Below, one piece after another: positions 1 to 12,027 of a stretch of 64,000 bases of DNA. Source of the stretch: Macrostomum lignano (lineage: Eukaryota). Position 1 is the first letter of the stretch; each line of letters opens with the position of its first letter. The position numbers and the translations under genes were made by a program. The notes beneath the pieces were generated by a model. That model searched no databases. It saw only the letters and a program-made list of their open reading frames with translations, and was not told the DNA's origin. The DNA is taken from NCBI GenBank assembly GCA_002269645.1, contig NIVC01000386.1, positions 310,001-374,000 on the forward strand, written 5' to 3'.

Positions 1-1830
1 TGCTGAGACCGCCGACCGCCTCCGTCTCGTCCAGGGTGGCGCCGCGCGCGTTGCCGTTGAAGTAGAAGCCGGAGGCAGTTGTCGAGTTGAAGGAGACCCC
101 AGCAGCAATAGAAGCCGCGGAGCTGTTCGAACTTGCATTAAACGCGGCGTCAGACCTGAACAGGCGGGATATCGACTCGGCTGGCCAGAACACGTTGTGC
201 CAAATCTTTCCATCGTACACGAAGAAGTCGTGAGAGACGTTGTTGCTGATGCACTGCCGAAACACGGCATACGTGGCGCTGCGGTTCAGAGGTGACTTGC
301 GTGCACTTGCCGGCTAAATGAACAGCGAGCTGTTTCAGACTTTTAGAAAATTATACTCACTCAATGTTCAGCGGGTGCTTGGCCCGGACGAAGAAGGAGA
401 ACTTGTTGCCCTTGTTGACCACCGTCTCGAAGCCGGGCGTCTCCGCCATCAGGAAGGAGTCCAGGCTCTGCACAAAGTGCGCACCAGAGGCGTTCACAGT
501 GGCGTTGCCGCTACTCAGCCGGTACTTAGAGGGATCGGCGACGTTCTCGAGGCCGTGGCTGGCGAACCTGTAGAGCAGCTTGAGGCACAGCTGGGCCACA
601 ATCGGGTCCACGGATGACGGCACTGGAATGGTTTGATGATGGTCAATCGGGCGATTGTGAAAATGATTTATGAGTTGCTGACAAGACCGAAACGAGATGT
701 CAACTTAAGCATGGGAAATCATCAATCCGTAATGGGGAGGAATGCCCTTCCTGCCTCTCCGGTGTCGAGAATGCGGAGCACTTCATCTGTGACTGCTCTG
801 CCTATACTCAGAACAGGTGTAGTGACTGTGCATCGGGCCTAGGTGTTGTCAAGCGACCATCCACGACCTGGACTCTCCGAAGGAAAACCGCGCAGCGGAT
901 CTTCAAGGATCTCCTTGTGCGACAACGCAACACCAGCTGCCCGTGGTCACCAGAGGTCAGCAAAATGGGCGGAGACGCCTCCCCACTGTATCCAAATGTC
1001 CGGAACCCCCTGCAGCTGGGTCAAGTAAGTCACGGGAATCCATTGGTTCACAGGGGATATAGGGGATAAAACTGGGATTTCACCTTAACTTAAACCTAGA
1101 ACGGAGCCCAACGAAAAGTTTCAAACTAAAGCGCCTTCAACCGGAACCCCTGCATCCCTGGAAGCCCCTTGTGAGGGATCTGGAGGAGAGGTCACGGCTT
1201 CTCTAATCGACTGTTCCGAAGAAATGATCGAATGCAGTCCGTCTGGTCCAGGGGCCCAGCTTCACAAGAAAAAAATAACAAAACATCGAAAAATATTATC
1301 GGGTCTTTCGCAAGACCGAAGCATTGGAAAACCCTCATCAACAACAAGCGCTACCAGCCTGATTGATGAATCCTTTACCCATTCTGAGAACTTGGCATCG
1401 GCAAAAATGTATGACCAGCCAACTGCCTTTTCATGTAAACAGTCTTTCAATCTGACCAAGCGGTTTTCGGTCTTGCATGTATGATATCTCAGTCCTTATG
1501 GATAAGCGACCCCCACGTCATGCACAGCCTCGCACCTTGTCTATACGACTCGCAGGGCCCATTGCTCCACAGGGCCAGTCCCTCGCACGTGGAGTTGCCA
1601 TGGTAACAGAGACCAGCTGTCCGGTTGAAGTGGAACAGGTCGCAGTCCGGCCTGCTGCTGCACGCAGCGCCGCAGCCAATCTTCGAATTCTCGGCTCGGG
1701 CGGGCAGCGCGGAGAGCCGCGGGCACAGGGCGGCCGCTTTGAACTGCTTGACTGTGGAGAGGCCGGGGCAGCCCTGCAGCAGCTGCAGGAGAACGACGCA
1801 GAACAGAAGGAGCTCGCGGTGGGGGCTCAT
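1..1830 (-). CDS. Secreted PAN/Apple + ConA-like (LamG3-type) protein, paralogue A; exons 1830-1536, 622-361, ~305-<1 (runs off window start)
   Basis: Signal peptide MSPHRELLLFCVVLLQLLQGC; PAN Cys pattern (C..SKIGCGAACSSRPDCDLFHFNRTAGLC); phase-1 intron AAG|GTGCG...TTCCAG|TG; exons closely match paralogue B. The exon 3 acceptor is uncertain (AAG at ~305 keeps the frame). Confidence 0.8.
640..840 (+). mobile_element. Degenerate non-LTR retrotransposon ORF2 C-terminal fragment (CCHC finger) in intron 1 of paralogue A
   Basis: Manual + translation gives GEECPSCLSGVENAEHFICDCSAYTQNR, the C-x2-C...H-x3-C motif typical of I/R1/Jockey-group LINE ORF2 ends. Confidence 0.6.
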
Positions 1831-2559
1831 GGCAAGGGAGGTTGCAAGCAGCGGGGAGAATTGGAGACGGGGAGGCTGGATGCTTTTTATGCATCTTCGG
1901 ACTCCCAACTCAGCCAATGACCACCTGGATGAATAATTCACAGTCTCCGAGAAATTTGCGAGCCATTGTGTTTGTCAGCGATGGAGGAAATGCTGGGCTG
2001 CACAGGCTTGGAGCAGAAACTGAGGCAGGCCCGCTAATGAGCAAGCAAGCCGTGGGTTGGCAGGCTTCACTAGAAAAGCTAAAAATGGTTACCTGTTGGA
2101 ATCTGCAGCAGGTGCGTCGCCTGGTTTCTAACATCTTCTCTCCGTCGCTAACGTCCTTAGACAGAAATTGCGTGCCAGAATTATGATAAATGCTCCGTCA
2201 TGGCTAAAAAACATTTCTGCCTTTACTTCCAGGAGCTTCCAATTAGTTAGGGAGAATTTTTTATAATCTTTTTTGAGATCTTCTAACTCAACCAGTTGGT
2301 AGTGCTTCAATTGCAAGGACAAAAATGTCTGCAAGTAATGGTCGACCCTACTTGAAGTAGAAAAAAGGTTTTCACTTTAAACACCAGAGACTGTGCTGTG
2401 GTCTTTCGTATACAATGGTTTCGTATACCAGCTGACTCGAATGACTGCTCATCATCGATACTTGAAAACATGTGGCACTTTTTCAAAACTGTTGTAATTG
2501 ATACGGACCGTGCCCGTTCGTGCCCGTGTGCTGATGACAGAATAGAACATTGGGTTTCA

Positions 2560-3998
2560 GAAGACAATATTCGGTGTCAGAGACAAGTATTGGGTGTCAG
2601 AGACAAGTATTGGGTGTCCGAGACAAGTATTGGGTGTCAGAGACAAGTATTGGGTGTCAGAGACAAGTATTGGGTGTCCGAGACAAGTATTGGGTGTCAG
2701 AGACAAGTATTGGGTGTCCGAGACAAGTATTGGGTGTCAGAGACAAGTATTGGGTGTCCGAGACAAGTATTGGGTGTCAGAGACAAGTATTGGGTGTCCG
2801 AGACAAGTATTGGGTGTCAGAGACAAGTATTGGGTGTCAGAGACAAGTATTGAGTGTCCGAGACAAGTATTGAGTGTCCGAGACAAGTATTGGGTGTCAG
2901 AGACAAGTATTGGGTGTCCGAAACAAGTATTGGGTGTCCGAGACAAGTATTGGGTGTCCGAGACAAGTATTGGGTGTCAGAGACAAGTATTGGGTGTCCG
3001 AGACAAGTATTGGGTGTCAGAGACAAGTATTGGGTGTCAGAGACAAGTATTGAGTGTCCGAGACAAGTATTGAGTGTCCGAGACAAGTATTGGGTGTCAG
3101 AGACAAGTATTGGGTGTCCGAAACAAGTATTGGGTGTCCGAGACAAGTATTGGGTGTCCGAGACAAGTATTGGGTGTCCGAGACAAGTATTGGGTGTCAG
3201 AGACAAGTATTGGGTGTCCGAGACAAGTATTGGGTGTCAGAGACAAGTATTGGGTGTCCGAGACAAGTATTGGGTGTCAGAGACAAGTATTGGGTGTCCG
3301 AGACAAGTATTGGGTGTCAGAGACAAGTATTGGGTGTCCGAGACAAGTATTGGGTGTCAGAGACAAGTATTGGGTGTCAGAGACAAGTATTGAGTGTCCG
3401 AGACAAGTATTGAGTGTCCGAGACAAGTATTGGGTGTCAGAGACAAGTATTGGGTGTCAGAGACAAGTATTGGGTGTCAGAGACAAGTATTGGGTGTCCG
3501 AGACAAGTATTGGGTGTCAGAGACAAGTATTGGGTGTCCGAGACAAGTATTGGGTGTCAGAGACAAGTATTGGGTGTCAGAGACAAGTATTGAGTGTCCG
3601 AGACAAGTATTGAGTGTCCGAGACAAGTATTGGGTGTCAGAGACAAGTATTGGGTGTCAGAGACAAGTATTGGGTGTCAGAGACAAGTATTGGGTGGTGT
3701 CCGAGACAAGTATTGGGTGTCAGAGACAAGTATTGGGTGTCCGAGACAAGTATTGGGTGTCAGAGACAAGTATTGGGTGTCCGAGACAAGTATTGGGTGT
3801 CAGAGACAAGTATTGGGTGTCCGAGACAAGTATTGGGTGTCAGAGACAAGTATTGGGTGTCCGAGACAAGTATTGAGTGTCCGAGACAAGTATTGGGTGT
3901 CAGAGACAAGTATTGGGTGTCAGAGACAAGTATTGGGTGTCAGAGACAAGTATTGGGTGTCAGAGACAAGTATTGGGTGTCCGAGACAAGTATTGGGT
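2560..3998. repeat. 20-bp minisatellite AGACAAGTATTGGGTGTC(A/C)G, ~72 units
   Basis: Directly visible tandem array; explains the repetitive ORFs in this interval. Confidence 0.98.
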
Positions 3999-4039
3999 AG
4001 TCAGAAGCACCACTTGGGATGCAGTACAGTGGCGGTACA

Positions 4040-4300
4040 AAAAGAGGCCGATGCAAGCGTGTCTGGAAGCCACTGCTGCGGCGCGGGTGCATCAAAAGCC
4101 TCATGGCAGGTGAATCAACAGCGTCATGGCGGGCCCGCGTGTGCATCAACAGCCTCATGGTGGGTGAATCAAAAGCCACATGGCGGGTGAATCAACAGCA
4201 TCATGGCGGGTGCATCAATAGCATCATGGCGGGTGCATTAAAAACATCATGGCGGGTGCATCAACAGCATCATGGCGGGTGCATCAATAGCATCATGGCG
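4040..4300. repeat. Degenerate ~20-bp array CATGGCGGGTGCATCAACAG
   Basis: Visible tandem copies, more regular towards 4300. Confidence 0.85.
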
Positions 4301-4789
4301 CGCACCATGGAGCGCACCTAGCCTGGTATTTGCAGCTGTGGAGTCTTAATATCGATCGGAAGTGTTCCTAAAGATACAGAATGTCAATTTCAAGAGACGC
4401 TGTAACTGGGCGGCCCCTGCACTCGGGCTGGGGTATATCTGGCGCTTGACCCCTGAATGTACAATAATTCCCTCGTTATGTCCCTATCATTCCCCCTGTG
4501 GCGTTGTCTCATTCCCCTGCTTTCCCCTGTGCCCCTGATACTGAGTTATGCCGCTTATATTAATACATATTTCCCTCTGTCAACTATAGTAGGGAGAGGA
4601 CTCTCTCCTTTTTCTCCCCCCTTAACATATTTGCGCCACCAGCTATATTCCCAATGTAATTTCCCCTGCTTATTTTCCTTCCTCGCCCGTGAGCACACCG
4701 CCTTCATGCACTCCACTTTTCCCGCGCACGACCCAACTGCTCACGCAATCCCACGATTGTTTATTCTATTTCGCGGCCAATTTCCATTT

Positions 4790-5150
4790 AGTATTTTTTA
4801 TCAGAGGCGGGGGCTGTGTACCCCCCTGGGGCACTTTAAGCGACATTGTCACACAATCGGCGAGAGACATTACCGCCCAATCCGCTAAATCCCTTGAGCA
4901 GGCACACAAGCGCGCGGATAAGTGCGCAGTCATACGCACAGGCACACACTCACACAGGAGTGCACATCGGCCATAACTTTATTTATCGTTAGGTATGTAC
5001 ACTTCACTGTGCCTTGGGTTGGGCCTCAAGGGTGTTAATTGCATGAGCAGACCCAAGCCGAGATTCCAATTTAGCCCCAAATTAATATGACTGCACTTGG
5101 AATCGAGCCCGGACCGCTGGCCCATCAGATCACTAGTAGTGCTGCTCTCC
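4790..5150 (-). mobile_element. tRNA-derived SINE, diverged copy
   Basis: Collinear similarity over ~350 bp to 32488-32840; retains B-box GGCTCGATTCC on the minus strand; AT-rich tail at ~4790. Confidence 0.75.
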
Positions 5151-5336
5151 TATTGCTACTTGTAGTATTCATTCACGACTGTTGTTTTCCTGATTTGCTT
5201 TTTCCTGCAACTGCCTAGGCACTAGCCTCGTAGGTTAGTGCGCCCTACCCGTTTTTCTACCCCTTTTCTTGCATTTTCCACACGTGATCCGCGTGATAAG
5301 GCTATTTTTAGAAGCATTTCAGTGACATTTCTGATT

Positions 5337-5975
5337 GCAGACCAGTACACACTTCAACTGCAGACCAGTACACACCTAAACTGCAGACCAGTACACACCT
5401 AAACTGCAGACCAGTACACACCTAAACTGCAGACCAGTACACACCTCAACTGCAGACCAGTACACACCTCAACTGCAGACCAGTACACACCTCAACTGCA
5501 GACCAGTACACAGCCAGAGTAAAGACCAGTACACACCTAAACTGCAGACCAGTACACAGCCAGAGTAAAGACCAGTACACACCTAAACTGCAGACCAGTA
5601 CACAGCCAGAGTAAAGACCAGTACACACCTCAACTGCAGACCAGTACACAGCCAGAGTAAAGACCAGTACACACCTAAACTGCAGACCAGTACACAGCCA
5701 GAGTAAAGACCAGTACACAGCTAAACTGCAGACCAGTACACAGCCAGAGTAAAGACCAGTACACAGCTACACTGCAGACCAGTACACAGCTAAACTGCAG
5801 ACCAGTACACAGCCAGAGTAAAGACCAGTACACGGCCAGAGTAAAGACCAGTACACAGCTAAACTGCAGACCAGTACACAGCCAGAGTAAAGACCAGTAC
5901 ACAGCTACACTGCAGACCAGTACACAGCCAGAGTAAAGACCAGTACACAGCTAAACTGCAGATCAGTACACAGCC
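5337..5975. repeat. Composite 23-bp minisatellite (CAGACCAGTACACACCTAAACTG and CCAGTACACAGCCAGAGTAAAGA units)
   Basis: Two related 23-bp units, first homogeneous and then interspersed. Confidence 0.95.
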
Positions 5976-6288
5976 AACTGCTCCAACTCAGTCTGCTCGC
6001 ATCTACAGAACCTGAGTTGCTGAGATGAGCAGCCCCAGAGTAGTGTAAAATAAGCTGAAATTCAGAGTCGCGGTTAGCATTTGAATTTTTGGGATGCTCG
6101 AGGAAAAAGGGCCAGCTGGCGTTGTTTATTCGTGTCTGTCTTAGACCGGGACTTGCGTCAGGGATCAATTTGTCAAGTCTCTCAGATAAACCTCTTGAAT
6201 GAAGGATTTGCGCTGTTATTCAATCTTCAGGTGCGATCAGATTCTCAGAAGTTCGAACTGTACTGCTGGCTTCCATGGGGCCACCGCT

Positions 6289-7478
6289 TCAAACCTGCTG
6301 GCACCAGCTGTCCAGCAGCGCGAACTCGGACTGGTTGAGCACTCGAGTGCTCAGACCGAAGCAGGAGATGCTGCCTTGGATGGAGAATCCGCTGACAGGG
6401 AAGCCCCCAAGCTGCAGGCATTGGAAATTCGCAGTGCTGAGGCCGGATTTCGATTTTGTTGAATTTAGGCTGGCAGCGCGGCTGCTCCCGTTGAAGAAGA
6501 AGCTGACGGCTTCGTCCGTGTCGTAGGAGACCCCGGTGGAGACCAGGGCGACTGAGCTGCTTCTGCTGTACACGGTGCCGGAATTGTAGAGGTAGGATAT
6601 TCCGTCAGCGGGCCAGAACACCTGGTGCCAGGTTTCTCCTTTGTGAGTGTACAGGTCGTGAGCCACGGATGTCCAGGATGTTCCGGTGCAGTTCCGGAAG
6701 GCTGCGTAGGTGCCGCTGCAATTAAGAGAGGGTTTGGAACTCTCAGCCCCATTCGCACTGTGGTGCACAATCACTCAGCAAGAACCCGAGCTCCACTTGA
6801 ACTTTAACTGCCTCAGAGGAGACTCACTCGATGTCCAGCGGGTGCTTGGCCCGGACGAAGAAGGAGAACTTGTTGCCCTTGTTGACCACCGTCTCGAAGC
6901 CGGGCGTCTCAGCCATCAGGAAGGAGTCCGGGCTCTGCACAAAGTGCGCACCAGAGGCGTTCACCACCGTGGCGCTGCCGCTCCTCAGCCGGTGCTGGCA
7001 CGGGTCGGCGACGTTCTCGAGGCCGTGGCTGGCGAACCTGTAGAGCAGCTTGAGCCCGAGCTGGCCCACAATCGGGTCCAGAGAAGACCGCACTGGAGTG
7101 GCTGGGGTGGTCAGGGGGATTTGCAAAGCATTCGGAAGGAACAGAGAAAATCCAGCACCGGACTTCCAGCTCACGGAAGCTACCTGCTCTGTAGGAGTCG
7201 CAGGGCCCATCGCTCCACAGCGCCAGTCCGTCGCAGGTGGAGTTGCCATGGAAACAGAGACCGGCTGTCCGGTTGAAGTGGAACAGGTCGCAGTCCGGCC
7301 TGCTGCTGCACGCAGCGCCGCAGCGAATTTTCGACTTCTCGGCTCGGGCGGGCAGCGCGGAGAGCCGCGGGCACAGGGCGGTCGCTTTGAACTGCCGGCT
7401 GGTGGAGAGGCCGAGGCAGCCCTGCAGAAGCTGCAGGAGGACGGCGCAGCACAGGAGGAGCTCGCGGTGGGGGCTCAT
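6289..7478 (-). CDS. Secreted PAN/Apple + ConA-like (LamG3/pentraxin-like) protein, paralogue B, ~342 aa; exons 7478-7184, 7092-6828, 6757-6289
   Basis: Frame-consistent GT-AG model; signal peptide; PAN domain; ConA-like motifs FSFFVR, WHQVF, FFFNG, LQLGG, QGSISCF, RVLNQSE. Confidence 0.85.
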
Positions 7479-9610
7479 GGCTGCGGCGCCGGCGGGCGGG
7501 CGGAGCGGCGGGTCGGGGCGAGTCTGCAGGCCTTTAAATCGGCTGCCGCCCAGCCAATCAGCGCCGGATTTGCTTGAAACGCCCTCAAGCAAAGAGTATT
7601 CTGCAAAAGAAAAGGCTCTTTGAATGGAAGCTTCTCATAATAGCTATCAGGCGAACGGTTGCTAAGGAAGTGGCGGGACTGCTCAAACTTCAGTTTTCTA
7701 CGAAGCAGAAGAGAATTGGAACATCTGTGGTATTGAAAATTTGATAGAAAAGCCCATGAGACTCACGGAGCTGCTTAAGCTGGTTTACATGCTCAAACAG
7801 TTGATGTCTTTGCTGGTGTTGGAAACGAGTTTGGGACTCAGAGGATGCAGGGCGCGGCTCCTCAAGGTGAATACCAGTATACGCTTCTGTCGCATCAAGT
7901 CCCCTCAGGCTGCTTAGCTTCAAAGCGACAGATAATCCCAGGCAACCAGGCCCAAGGCTAATGAGAAAGGTCCCACAAGTTGAGTAAAAAGACTGTTCTA
8001 AGCTAGATTGGAATGCTTTATCACCGAATTTGGCTGAATGAATTTCTTAAGAAGGGTGTCTTTTTGAATGCCGATTTCTTTAATTCTGCGATATTTTCCA
8101 GTCCTGCAATATCTGCAATCTCTGAATCCTTCAAGTCTATTATCTCACTTCTAATACTATTCTATTTGATCTCCGAGCGAATACTTTTTTCACTGCTCAA
8201 CAAAACTGGTGAAACCTTAGGACTATACAGCCATACGCAGCCTCCAGATGCGCCGCGCAATAGCTGCGACTGAGCTGTCTGTCGGTTGCTTGGAGCAGGT
8301 GTAATCAATTATTACGAGTATTATTTATTATTAAAACCAAAATTTCACATCACCGAAAACTGCTGCATGGTCCCCCTCCCTCTGAAAAATGAAGGCACAT
8401 TATAGACGCATATTCTATGTATCTCCACTCTTAGAAGAAAAATTGCTTGTTCGACAGGTTTCTTTTCCCACAAAACTTCTCGCGTATCACGTAGCAGCTC
8501 AGGGTCCCCTTGATTTCTCGTAATTCTGATTTCTATTCATTCCTTCACAGACCCTTAAGAGGGCCCATGTCGGACATTTATTTTTCCTGCGCCTTCTAAA
8601 GCTTGCTACCTTACCTCAATTTTCCCGATCAGCTGCCCCAGTCGCTCATCAGTCCCGTGTTCCATTTGCAGCATTATCTCACTAGGGCGTCTTGGCGTTG
8701 TAGCGTGCGGCGTGACGCGATAGCAAACTAGAAATGCATTCAGGCACTCTAGTGCATCATGGGAATCCCTCATGCCTATTCTCAACGCTCTCTTAGCGGT
8801 CTGAACCATCCGTTCAGCGAATCCATTTGGCCGCGGATGTCTCACAGACGTGATTTGGCAGCTTCGGAGATTCTTTAGTTCGTCCGAAGTGATTTATCTT
8901 GGATAACCGTATCGAATGATTGCTGCAGCTTGCCAATCGTGCCACGGGTAGTCGCTGATCTCATAAGAAAATTTCCACTCACTTGGTCGTGGCAGCCTCA
9001 ATAATCGTCAGCCACATGAACCCGTAGCAAGAACCGAAGAAGTCCAAACAGAGTCCACGGTTTTCCTGGCCATTGTAATGGTTGGAGTGGAACGTGAGCC
9101 ATTGGATTCCTCTGGGCTTATCAGCCCTGCAGTTGGGCAAAGCTGTCTCGATGTATTTGTTGATCCTCGGGTACGAAACGTGCGGCCGAGCTTACTTCAT
9201 CCCCAAGATTCCATGATGGCCCTTCTTAAGAGAAGCAGAGAGCAAAAATCCGGATGCCTCACAAGGTGACTCATCTTGGACACTTAGCTCATTTCGCCTT
9301 GAGTAATAGAATTGAAGTTCTAGGCGAGATCAAAGGACAGATCTTGGTCCGTTGCAGTCGCTCTCTTTAACTATTGGTGGTTAATTGGCTGAGCTTCTAT
9401 GCAATTTTGACACACATCATCTTCGTGACCCAGCATTCTCCAGTGGCAAGCTTGGAAATGCGTCTGCATTTTCATGTTCATCCGTCCGGCTCTATCGAAT
9501 CTCAAATTGATAGGCTGACAGAATCACAGCCCAGAGCTGCAACCGACTGGCAGATATTCTTGGGATTTACAAAAGTTAAAATCAACATAGATTATAATAA
9601 ATTCTTTCTT

Positions 9611-9647
9611 CCGACGCGTTTCGGTCCAACAATGACCATCTTCAGGG
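9611..9647 (-). ncRNA. Minimal hammerhead ribozyme of Penelope-like element type
   Basis: Minus strand CC-CTGAAGA-T-GGTC-attgttg-GACC-GAAA-CGCGTC-GG: CUGANGA and GAAA cores, helix II, palindromic ACGCGT helix III, GUC cleavage triplet; lies 3' of the GIY-YIG ORF. Confidence 0.8.
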
Positions 9648-9790
9648 TCTGGTGTATTTTTAACTCACACAACAACTTTATAAGTGAACAAATGTTAACT
9701 GTACAGTCCAAAGGGCATGTCATGGGCAGAATTTTCCAAAAAAATGTTAAGCATAGATTGCAAGTACATTGTTCAGACTAGTGCCTTTAC

Positions 9791-10277
9791 TTAGAATACC
9801 TTGAGCAAATGGCCCGCACCACTATGGGAGAGCTGAATATTCAGATTAGGTTTTTGGTCTTTAATGTACATGGATTCAAGTATGTTGAGCCTAAAATCAG
9901 TTCTATACCGATCAATAATTTTAAACTGCTGAGTTTGCTCAATTTCGCAACAACTGTTGCAACAGAGCAGGTGGTCTTGGATAGCCGACCTTTTTAACCA
10001 ATGCTCTCTGACTCTGGTGTACAGGTGCCTTTTAGTTTTACCTATATAGGTAATGTTCTGGTCAACAGAACAAGAGAACTTATACACAACACTTGCCGCC
10101 AGAGCAAGAGGAACATGGGATTTCAGTCTACTAACGTATTGGCCGACCTTAGCAGTGCGGAAAACAATCTTAATAGGCGTGTTAAAGAATTTACGGAAGC
10201 TTTTCTCAATTTTCTTCTTCAACAGGTTAGAGCAGTTGCCATAGAAAGGCAAGACCATGGTCGGGCAAGTTTTGGAT
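9791..10277 (-). pseudogene. Penelope-like GIY-YIG endonuclease C-terminal fragment
   Basis: Open frame from KTCPTMVLPFYG to stop; 5' RT portion missing. Confidence 0.85.
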
Positions 10278-10753
10278 GATTCGTTGTTTGTTGCTCTGAT
10301 TCGTTGTCTGTTGCTCTGCGTCTGATTCGTTGTTTGTTGCACAGGGCCTACACGGTTTGCAGCTCTTGGACCAATCTCAACATTGAAGTTAACAATCTCA
10401 CCAAAATTCTGAGAATGAATCAATTTCCCAAGAATCTCATTTGCAGTGAAATCAATAGATTCATCTCTAATAAAATGACGAAGAAACCGAGTTTTGCTTC
10501 TGATAAGGATGTGTTAAAAACTTGCCCGACCATGGTCTTGCCTTTCTATGGCAACTGCTCTAACCTGTTGAAGAAGAAAATTGAGAAAAGCTTCCGTAAA
10601 TTCTTTAACACGCCTATTAAGATTGTTTTCCGCACTGCTAAGGTCGGCCAATACGTTAGTAGACTGAAATCCCATGTTCCTCTTGCTCTGGCGGCAAGTG
10701 TTGTGTATAAGTTCTCTTGTTCTGTTGACCAGAACATTACCAATATAGGTAAA

Positions 10754-10956
10754 ACTAAGGCTGCGGTTTGCGCTAGGCTTGCCTTGAGCAAACCGGCTTT
10801 AGTGCCCAAGTGCGCTGCGTCTGTGGTGCGCCCCCCCCCCCGCCGCGTGTGTACGTTCTGTGTTGTTTAGGTGGGCGCCCACCCCTCCGCCGGTGGGGGG
10901 GGTATTTTACTCCAGCCGCGCTGCTGCGTTGGCAGTGTTTTCGCGCAGTTCTTTTT
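10754..10956 (+). repeat. Ngaro repeat A1 (second copy A2 at 14805-15005)
   Basis: ACTAAGGCTGCGG...CAGTTCTTTTT is repeated; by eye the differences are in C and G homopolymer lengths. Confidence 0.95.
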
Positions 10957-10986
10957 GCACTGAACTCTAATGCCAATCGCTGAATC

Positions 10987-12027
10987 ATGGCTAGCACTGA
11001 CACTGTCAAGTCACTGCGCGAGAGGTTGCAATGCCTAGGCCTGCCAACCCACGGAAACAAAATGGAGCTATTGGAGAGGCTGTCTGCACACATCGACAGC
11101 GTTACATAACTGCAGGACGGCGATGATCGCAGACCTTCACTGACCCCGGAGACGACTCGCTCGAAGAACATTCAAGATTTGCTGGCGGCTGCGGCGGACG
11201 GCGAAGCTGCGACGGCGGCGTCAGAGTCTGGAGCGGCTGGCGGCCTGGACGACGAGGTGCGGGAAGTCGAGCAGCGTATACGGCTGCTGAAACTGCGCAA
11301 GGAAGAAGCCGAGCTGCAGGCCGAGGTTAACCTATTGCAGCGGCACCGGGCTCCCTCAACTAACCATGGTGAGTTGTTTGGTCACGTGATATCAGGGAGT
11401 GAGTCAGCTAGACCAGCGATCCCGCATGGTACCTACCGCATCCCCGAATTCATCTGTAAACGCAAGCAGCAGGAAGCGGGTATCATCCAGTCTGTTGATC
11501 GGACAGGTAAAGTTGTCTACAAAGTGAAGGAGGCAGCGTTAGAATCTCTGACCTTTGGCGACTGGATTGCTGGCAATGCGCGCATAATGCTGAAGATGCT
11601 GGATGATGGAGCTCTAGTTAAGAGCGGTGAAGGAGAATGTCCTGATGTTTCTGAGCTCCGAGACTACCTGCGCTTTAATATTCGGATAGGAGAGCTTTTT
11701 GACCTTGGTTTCGAGAAGACCCGCGTCATGAGATTCGACGATGAGTGCAGAATAAGCCAGACAGCTACTACCTCTTGGGAAGCCAGAGCCTCCGACATGG
11801 GTCTGGTGGCCGCCTACCTGATGGCACCACAGAGGGGTCCGACTGCCTCAGAGAGACTGTCGAAGCGGAGCCAGCAGCCTGTGTGCTTTGATTTCAATAA
11901 AGAAGCCGGTTGCAGCAGAAGAAACTGCAAGTTTGCTCATCAATGCCGGAGGTACGGTCTAGGCCACTCAGAAGCGGCTGCCCACCGGGATGGCGTGGGC
12001 ATCGAGACGGCCAGGCCCTCGCACTGA
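10987..12027 (+). CDS. Ngaro gag-like ORF1: N-terminal SAP-like domain, coiled coil, C-terminal CCCH finger; in-frame TAA at 11107-11109
   Basis: MASTDTVKSLRERLQCLGLPTHGNKMELLERL; CFDFNKEAGCSRRNCKFAHQC; ATG 10987 is in frame with ORF 11179-12027. Confidence 0.75.

Noticed and set aside
305-330. Paralogue A as a pseudogene because of a TAG after the upstream CAG acceptor
   Set aside because: An alternative AAG|TGC acceptor at ~305 matches paralogue B's exon start and keeps the frame, so inactivation is not supported.
2560-3998. CRISPR-like array or repetitive proteins from ORFs such as SETSIGCQRQVLGVRDKY
   Set aside because: Contiguous tandem units with no unique spacers, eukaryotic context and no cas genes. 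The ORFs are artefacts of stop-free repeats, as are those of the other minisatellites.
7690-8250. Possible decayed LINE ORF1 on the minus strand (PGIICRF, QLFEHVNQLKQ)
   Set aside because: The resemblance is too weak and split across frames to support without a search.
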